A stretch of 64,000 bases of DNA from Selaginella moellendorffii. Its lineage: Eukaryota > Plantae > Lycopodiophyta. The first letter of the stretch is position 1, and each line of letters starts with the position of its first letter. The notes below the pieces were generated by a model. That model saw nothing but the letters and a program-made list of their open reading frames with translations. It did not search any database and was not told where the DNA came from. The translations under genes and the position numbers were made by a program. Below are positions 58,801-64,000 of the stretch, piece by piece. The stretch covers positions 124,001-188,000 of the forward strand of contig NW_003314308.1 in NCBI RefSeq assembly GCF_000143415.4, written 5' to 3'.

Positions 58801-61800
58801 ATGGCGTTGGCTCCCACTATCGCTCGAGCATACAACTTTGGATCTTCCTGGGAAGAGGTAAGGGCCGTCCCCTTCTGCCACTGCCCCTGATTCGAAAATT
58901 TTCCAAACAGAATGCGCCCTTGAGCGACGAGCAACATGCCGCCATAGCTGCATTGGCTCAAGTCGCATCAGATCGGCCCTTGCCTTCGCATCTTACCGGA
59001 TCATCTGGAAAGGAGGTGAAGTTTAGCTGAACTACCTTTTTCTTTACTCGCTTAATCTCGATGCCAGGATGCTCCTCACATCGACGAGCAACTGGGTCAT
59101 GCAGCGGCAGATTTCTACAAGTGGTACTCGGATCTAGAGTCTGCTATGAAATCTGAGGTAGATTTTGCTTGTATGCATTGTTCGTTTTCCAAACCATGCT
59201 TGTTTAGACTGAAGAAAAGTATCGCCAGTATGTGAACACTCTCACCGGCCATCTGAACACTTGTGATGGTATTCTTGAGCAGGTAAATTGTTTTCCATTT
59301 TTTCATGGGAGGTTCATAGGTGGAAATGTGTGAGCAGCTGGATGACACCTTGCTTCTTTTCGACGACTTGCAAATGCAACATCAAGCTGTGGCCACCAAA
59401 ACAAAAACTCTTCATGATTCTTGTGATCGGCTGGTTTTGGAGAAAGATAGGCTTGCTGAATTCGCAAATACACTTAAAAGCAAACTCGTCTACTTTGACG
59501 AACTGGAAACCGTACGTTTGAGCTCTTTCTCTTGTTTTTTTTTATTTTTTATTTTTTTTTGCCTCTTCTCTGATCTGTTCAATTTTCAGATTGCTACACA
59601 GTTCTATTCAGCAGCCATGAGCGTAGATAATGAGCAGTTCCCTTTGCTACTCAAACGTCTGGACGACTGCATAATTTTCATAAGCAGCAATCCGCAATAT
59701 GCCGACTCTGGTGTCTATCTGCTAAAATTTAAGCAGTTACAGGTGAGCCGTTTCTTTGAAATATCAGGAGATCAGCCGTAATAGTTTTTCAGTCAAGGGC
59801 AATAGGAATGATGCGCTCTCACGTCCAATCCGTGATGAAGAAAACAACAGCGCAGGTATTTGTGTTTGTATATTTTGAGGTTCTTACCGACGAACAGGTG
59901 CAAGCTGCCCTCAAAGAGGGGACTGCTTTATCCGAAGGAATCGAGACCTCTGTTCTATATGTACGCTTTAAGGCAGCAGCAAGTGAGGTGATTTTTTTTC
60001 TTCGTCCCAGCTAGGTGTTCTTCATTGTCCTTAACAGATGAAGCCTCTCATGGAAGCGCTTGAAAGCAGAACGAAACTAACGGAGTATGCGTTATTCCTT
60101 TCGGACTGTCAAACACTTTACTGTGAACAGCGCTTGCTCTTGGTTCGATCAGTGTTTGGTCAACTTGAAACACGTTATGCTGGCATTTTTGTCACAGGTG
60201 CAAGGCGTTGTACAACAACGGATTTCGGAATACTCTAAAAGAGAAGAATTACCACCTTTCACTAGATCGGGTTGCGCATACCTCATGCAGGTCTGCGTTT
60301 TGCATATTGAACGACCTGACTTGGTTTGTGCTCCAGGCTTGCCAGTTCGAGCATCAGCTCTTTGTTCACTTCTTTCCATCCTCGTCATCCGAAGCTTCAA
60401 AACTTGCTTCTCTTACTGAGCCTTTGTAAGTTCTCTGTTTCTAGCTGTTGTCGGGGAAAACATTCCGATATTTATTTGTAGATGCACCGTCCTATATGAT
60501 GCATTGCGGCCTAAGTTCATACACGAGACAAGAATAGATCTCCTCTGCGAGCTAGTTGATATCTTGAAGTTTGAAGTTCTTGAGGAGCAACTTAACCGAA
60601 AGGGAGATCCTGTTGCCGGCCTCAGACCAACAATAATGCGAATCCTAGCTGATGTTCAAGAAAGGCTTACATTTAGAGTGCAAACCTACGTGCGAAACGA
60701 GGTAGGCCTTGAACTGCCGGTGAAAATATCCCCGTGCTGATAACTTTTTATCACGTAGGTTGCGAACTACTTGCCACTGGCAGAAGACCTCGACTATCCT
60801 GCAAAACTAGTGAAACAAAGTGAATCCAGCGCTTCAGAGGTTTTAAAGTTTTTTGTTTACTTTCATCTTATTCTCTGACGACAGGAAGGAGCCATATCGG
60901 AAGGAATGGACGGGCTTTACCCTCCTCTGGTGAAGACCTTAGCGTGCCTTTCAAAACTTTACCGGTGTCTTGAACCTACAATATTTACTGGGCTCGCGCA
61001 GGTAATGCTTTTCTCATTCGTGTGAGAAAATGGCAACTCAATTATCTACAGGAAGCTGTGGGAACCTGTACAGCGGCAATTCAGGCATGAATTCTACTTG
61101 ATCTTAAAAAACTCATGCACTTGCTATCTCTTTCAGCGTGGCAGCAAACTCGTTGTCAAGAAGTCGTCTGAAATGGATGGTCAGCTTTTCTTGATCAAAC
61201 ATTTGTTAGTACTGAGAGAGCAGGTGCGTTAGATCCTTAAGTTTTGCATGACTGATCATCTTGGTTACAGATCACTCCATTCGATATTGATTTTGCCGTA
61301 ACTCACAAGGAGCTTGATTTTGCACACGTTCTCGTGAGTATATTGAAAGAAACTCTTGTAGTTTTTTTCTGAAGGTGCCTGTTCATAAGGACCATTTACG
61401 CCGTATTCTCAGAGGCCAAGCATCAGTATTCGACTTGACAAGTAGAACAAGTTTGGCCCGCACATTTTCTCCTCGAGTCCTGGAAAATCAAGTGGATGCC
61501 AAAAAGGTTGTGTCCGTTTGCCTTGCTGCAGTGTTTTGCTGACGCTTTCTGTGTTACAGGAACTTGAAAAGGGCCTCAAGCTTACTTGCGAACAGTTCAT
61601 CATGTCCGTAACGAAACTTACTGTCGAGCCCATGCTGTCTTTCGTGACTAAGGTGAGTTTTTCTCCAGTTGCAATTTTCGTCGATCAAGGGGGCCTATTA
61701 CGAGCAGGTCACAGCCGTAAGAGTTTCTGTCTCAGCCAACAGAGCTCTCAAGGATCAGGCATTTGCAACGCCTGAAAAGGTTGCGGAAGTGATTTCTAAG

Positions 61801-62141
61801 GTATCCCGTCATTACATCTGAATTCTTTTCTAGATTCTTACCTTGTCTTATAGGTGGACTGTTCCCTCAAGGAGGAGCTACCAAATGTGATATCCAAGAT
61901 GAACCTTTATCTGCCAAATCCATATACCCGCTCCATTCTTTTGAAGCCTATCAAGTAACCTATGCAACAAGCGTTCTCCATGCTTTGTGCTAATGAGCGT
62001 TAACTTTCCAGATCCAACGTTGTGGAGGCTTACTCTCAGGTGCTTAACATCGTCGAGGCAGAGTATAGTCAAGACGATATCAAAACTTTCCCTATCATCA
62101 GCATTACAGAACTGCAAGCTCACCTCGACTCCCTCGGCTAA
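58801..62141 (+). CDS. COG3: Conserved oligomeric Golgi complex subunit 3 (Sec34), many exons
   Basis: YNFGSSWEE|NAPLS; [15 protein letters not shown]; [16 protein letters not shown]; [11 protein letters not shown]; [19 protein letters not shown]; [22 protein letters not shown]. Confidence 0.95.
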
Positions 62142-62443
62142 TTTCTGTGCGTAAGTTCTTCACAAAAATTATCGCTTCTAACTCAAGCCCTTGATGTGCA
62201 GGATCAGCTCTATGATTTTCACACGAAGTTTAATGAAAGTGAAAAGCTTTTATGTCATGCTCATGTCAGGAGAACCCGTCTTTACAAGCAAAGCGTGAGC
62301 TCTTGGGTGCTGAGAAGGATCTAGAATAGGTGAGCGAGTTTATAAAGGCGGCGGTGATATTCTAAGCTTGACCACTGGAGCGACTGGCCCTCGTCCAACA
62401 AGTAAGGCGCTCTCTTTCTTTTCCTACTATTTCAATCGAGAGA

Positions 62444-63246
62444 ATGAGCCAAGTGGTGAGATTTGCCACGGCAGGAGCTAGGATCCCCAGCAGCAGCAAG
62501 AGATTTGCATCGACAACCACTGCTGCGGCGGCCATGGGAGGCGGAAATCTCAAGATGATCGCCGTTTCCGGGTCTCTGAGGAAGGGCTCTTTCAACAGTG
62601 GTCTCGTACGCGCAGGTAAGATCTTTGTTTTAGCTATGTTGGTAATTGTGTTGCTGCTTGTAGCACGCGAGATTGTCAAGGAGAGCTTCGAAGATGTGGA
62701 GCTAGAGCATGTGGACATTTCCCAGCTCCCTTTCCTCAACACGGACTTGGAGCAAGACGGGCAATTTCCGGGGGTCGTGGAGGATTTTCGAGCTAAAGTC
62801 CTTGGGGCGGACGCTGTGCTGTTTGCAAGCCCGGAGTACAATTACTCCATCACAGGTGGAACTTTTCTTTGCGCTCTCACAGTTTTTCTTTGTCCTCTTT
62901 CTTGATTTCTTTCCGCATTTTATGTTCTTGTTTGTTGCTTGCAGCTCCACTCAAGAACGCATTGGATTGGGCGTCGAGGAATCCAAATGCGTGGGCCGGG
63001 AAGCCAGCCGCAATCGTGAGCGCTGGGGGCGGGTTTGGAGGCGGCAGAGCCCAATATCATCTGCGACAGGTGGGAGTTTTCCTCGACCTCCATTTCATCA
63101 ACAAGCCCGAGCTGTTTGTTGCGGCGTTTCAAGCGCCGCCAAAGTTCGACTCGGACGGGAATCTCGTGGATCCGGACACTAGAACCCGTCTCAAAGCCCT
63201 TCTTCTCGCCTTGCGCCAGTGGACCCTCAAACTAAAAGAATGCTAA
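62444..63246 (+). CDS. NQR: NAD(P)H:quinone oxidoreductase (FMN reductase flavodoxin fold), 3 exons; alternative start at 62534
   Basis: SGSLRKGSFN; LFASPEYNYS; LKNALDWASR; GGGRAQYHLRQVGVFLDLHFINKPE. Confidence 0.92.
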
Positions 63247-64000
63247 CAGCCATTAAGATAAAACTCCCGAACTGAAGATTTCTGTTTAGAGTTTAAGAAA
63301 TATACCTAGAATATTCATGAATATTCTAGTATTCAATGGCTTTTAGCATTTCTTTAAAACACATACAAATAACTTCAAAATCAAGGTTTAATTCGCTTAT
63401 TACTAACTAGTATTGCAGGAGATATGTAGTGGAATTAGTTAATAAAAAATGATTATTATTTTAGATATTTTTATTATCTTGATATGTTAAGCCATACTAA
63501 AAGGGTACACTACTAAACCAAATATTATATATAGTACACATTAAACAACACCAAGAATAATAATTATAAAATATATTTTGCAGGAAAATGTAGGTCACTA
63601 CCCAGACCTATACAAAAGTAATAAATAATTACTAAGAAAAGTCGTTTATCAATATAAATATCTACCAAATCCTTGAATCAGCATTGATTGAATATTTAGG
63701 AAAATAAAAATTATGTGATACAAACATTTTATAGTATTGAAAGTACTCTTTTCATGAGTAGCATGAAAAGATCTAAAACATTACTACTTAATTCAAAAGT
63801 ATATTCTACCCAGACTCAGAATAATAACATTAGAAGTTCTTGTGTTAAAATAGTTTATATACTATCCATACAGAAAAAAATGTATATAGTTAAATTCACT
63901 TTAAACTAAAGCAATATTTAATTAGGCAGCCAAAACTTGCTTTGTCACAAAAGAATGAATTTGGTTTATGACCAATGCAACCAAGACAACATTTTCCATC

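Overview
Eukaryotic plant nuclear DNA with very dense genes and ~45-80 bp GT-AG introns. The ALDH21, PLS-PPR debris and intron sizes fit a lycophyte such as Selaginella (inference). Bases 1-9.5 kb are CpG-depleted transposon territory: a 1.68 kb solo LTR with a 5-bp TSD, and a decayed two-gene element pairing an intron-containing IS3/IS481-like (IS3EU-type) DDE transposase with a HECT E3 ubiquitin ligase. Bases 9.7-29.3 kb and 41.5-63.2 kb hold mostly ordinary genes: CDCA7-type zinc finger, LYR protein, TTC39-like, CML, HYD1, UGT, nucleotidyltransferase, UFL1, Tic32-like SDR, ALDH21, DnaJ-type zinc finger, CLC, PIF, COG3 and NQR. A ~12 kb rearranged island (29.6-41.4 kb) sits between two copies of a tiny head-to-head promoter. 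It contains PPR shards, a ~3.7 kb inverted repeat, two RING genes, and a spliced Crinkler/RHS-type P-loop NTPase + restriction-endonuclease-fold gene with a PHD finger inserted into the nuclease domain. All family calls come from reading motifs by eye; no database search was run.
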